Positions 63,146-64,000 of a stretch of 64,000 bases of DNA are shown here, one piece after another; the first letter of the stretch is position 1; every line of letters starts with the position of its first letter. The stretch lies in assembly GCF_009914755.1 (NCBI RefSeq), contig NC_060925.1; one strand, 5' to 3'. Below the pieces are notes generated by a model that was given only the letters and a program-made list of their open reading frames with translations, ran no database searches and was not told where the DNA came from. Both the position numbers and the translations under genes were made by a program. The DNA comes from the human T2T-CHM13v2.0 reference genome, Homo sapiens.

Positions 63146-63297
63146 CTACTATCCAGAACTGGAACATTACTGTTGCTCCGTACATTGTAAATTGCAATTG
63201 TGCCATTGTGATAGCCAACGGCTAAAAGGTTAGGTGCTCCAATTGAAAAATCCACAGCAGTAACTCCATATGGACTCTGATAAATACGTTCTGGCCA
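63146..63297 (-). CDS. DNAI4: DNAI4/WDR78 coding exon (the gene continues beyond the window)
   Basis: WPERIYQSPYGVTAVDFSIGAPNLLAVGYHNGTIAIYNVRSNSNVPVLDS; 152 nt, phase 0/2. Confidence 0.94.
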
Positions 63298-63529
63298 CTA
63301 AATTTTAAAAAATTACATTTTCAATTTGTTTTTGTAGACCACAGTAAGGCAGAATATAATGGTGGCTGAGATTTAGTTTGGTGGCAGTGGGTATGTGAGC
63401 AGAGTTAGCCCACATTCAGTTACTTCTGTCTTCCTAATTTCCAGTATAGAAAATAATAAAACCTCACTTGGTCATTTCCTTTGATACAAGTATGAATCTT
63501 CAGCACTCAATGGCTTTAAGAAATAGAGT

Positions 63530-63661
63530 GTTGGGCATGGGGGCTCACTCCTGGAATCCTAGCTACTAGGGAGGCTGAGGTGGGAGGATCACTTGAGACC
63601 AGCAGTTTGGGACCAGCCTGGGCAACATAACAAGACCCTCATCTCAGAAAGAAAGAAAGAA

Positions 63662-63749
<88 letters not shown>

Positions 63750-63768
63750 AAGAAAGAAAGAGAGAGAG

Positions 63769-63823
<55 letters not shown>

Positions 63824-63865
63824 AGGAAGGAAAGAGGGAAGGAAGGGAGGAAAGTAGGAAGGGAA
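63530..63865 (+). repeat. Alu left monomer whose tail has expanded into a (GAAA)n/(GA)n/(GGAA)n purine tract
   Basis: FLAM-like arm at about 63530-63646 followed by about 220 bp of near-pure purine repeat. Confidence 0.9.
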
Positions 63866-64000
63866 GTACAGCACAGCCTTCTACAATAATTATATTTTGG
63901 TAATCTTTCAGCAGGATTAGTATCACCATCACCTGTCTACCTTCTTATGGGAACAAAAAACTAATCATCTAGCATATAATTCCTGTCTTCTAGTATTTGT

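Noticed and set aside
63593-63932. K/E/R-rich and F/L/S-rich ORFs
   Set aside because: Translations of the (GAAA)n simple repeat.

Overview
Human genomic DNA; the human-specific AluYb8 supports the species call, and the gene content matches the 1p31.3 DYNLT5-INSL5-DNAI4 locus. The window holds the last two coding exons and 3'UTR of DYNLT5/TCTEX1D1 (+), the complete two-exon INSL5 gene (-, 135 aa), and the last seven coding exons plus 3'UTR of DNAI4/WDR78 (-). All exon phases were checked by hand and join in frame. The rest is mostly transposon-derived: one full-length but ORF-disrupted L1PA3/4-type element, several truncated L1PA copies (one twin-primed), Alus, LTRs, DNA transposons and microsatellites. 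Most ORFs in the supplied track are L1/Alu-derived or random. The best novel leads are: (1) a spliceable two-exon 69-codon ORF at 38310-38613 (-), upstream of and co-oriented with INSL5, that mimics the INSL5 intron phase, junction and A-chain end and may be a decayed INSL5-like paralogue, with a weaker second relic at about 30.3-30.5 kb; (2) a 4x tandem amplification of a 17-bp unit inside the ZNF93-targeted segment of the full-length L1 5'UTR; (3) a candidate HOX13/CDX plus NEUROD/GATA code in the INSL5 promoter. Repeat subfamily names come from recalled consensus motifs and need RepeatMasker/Dfam confirmation.
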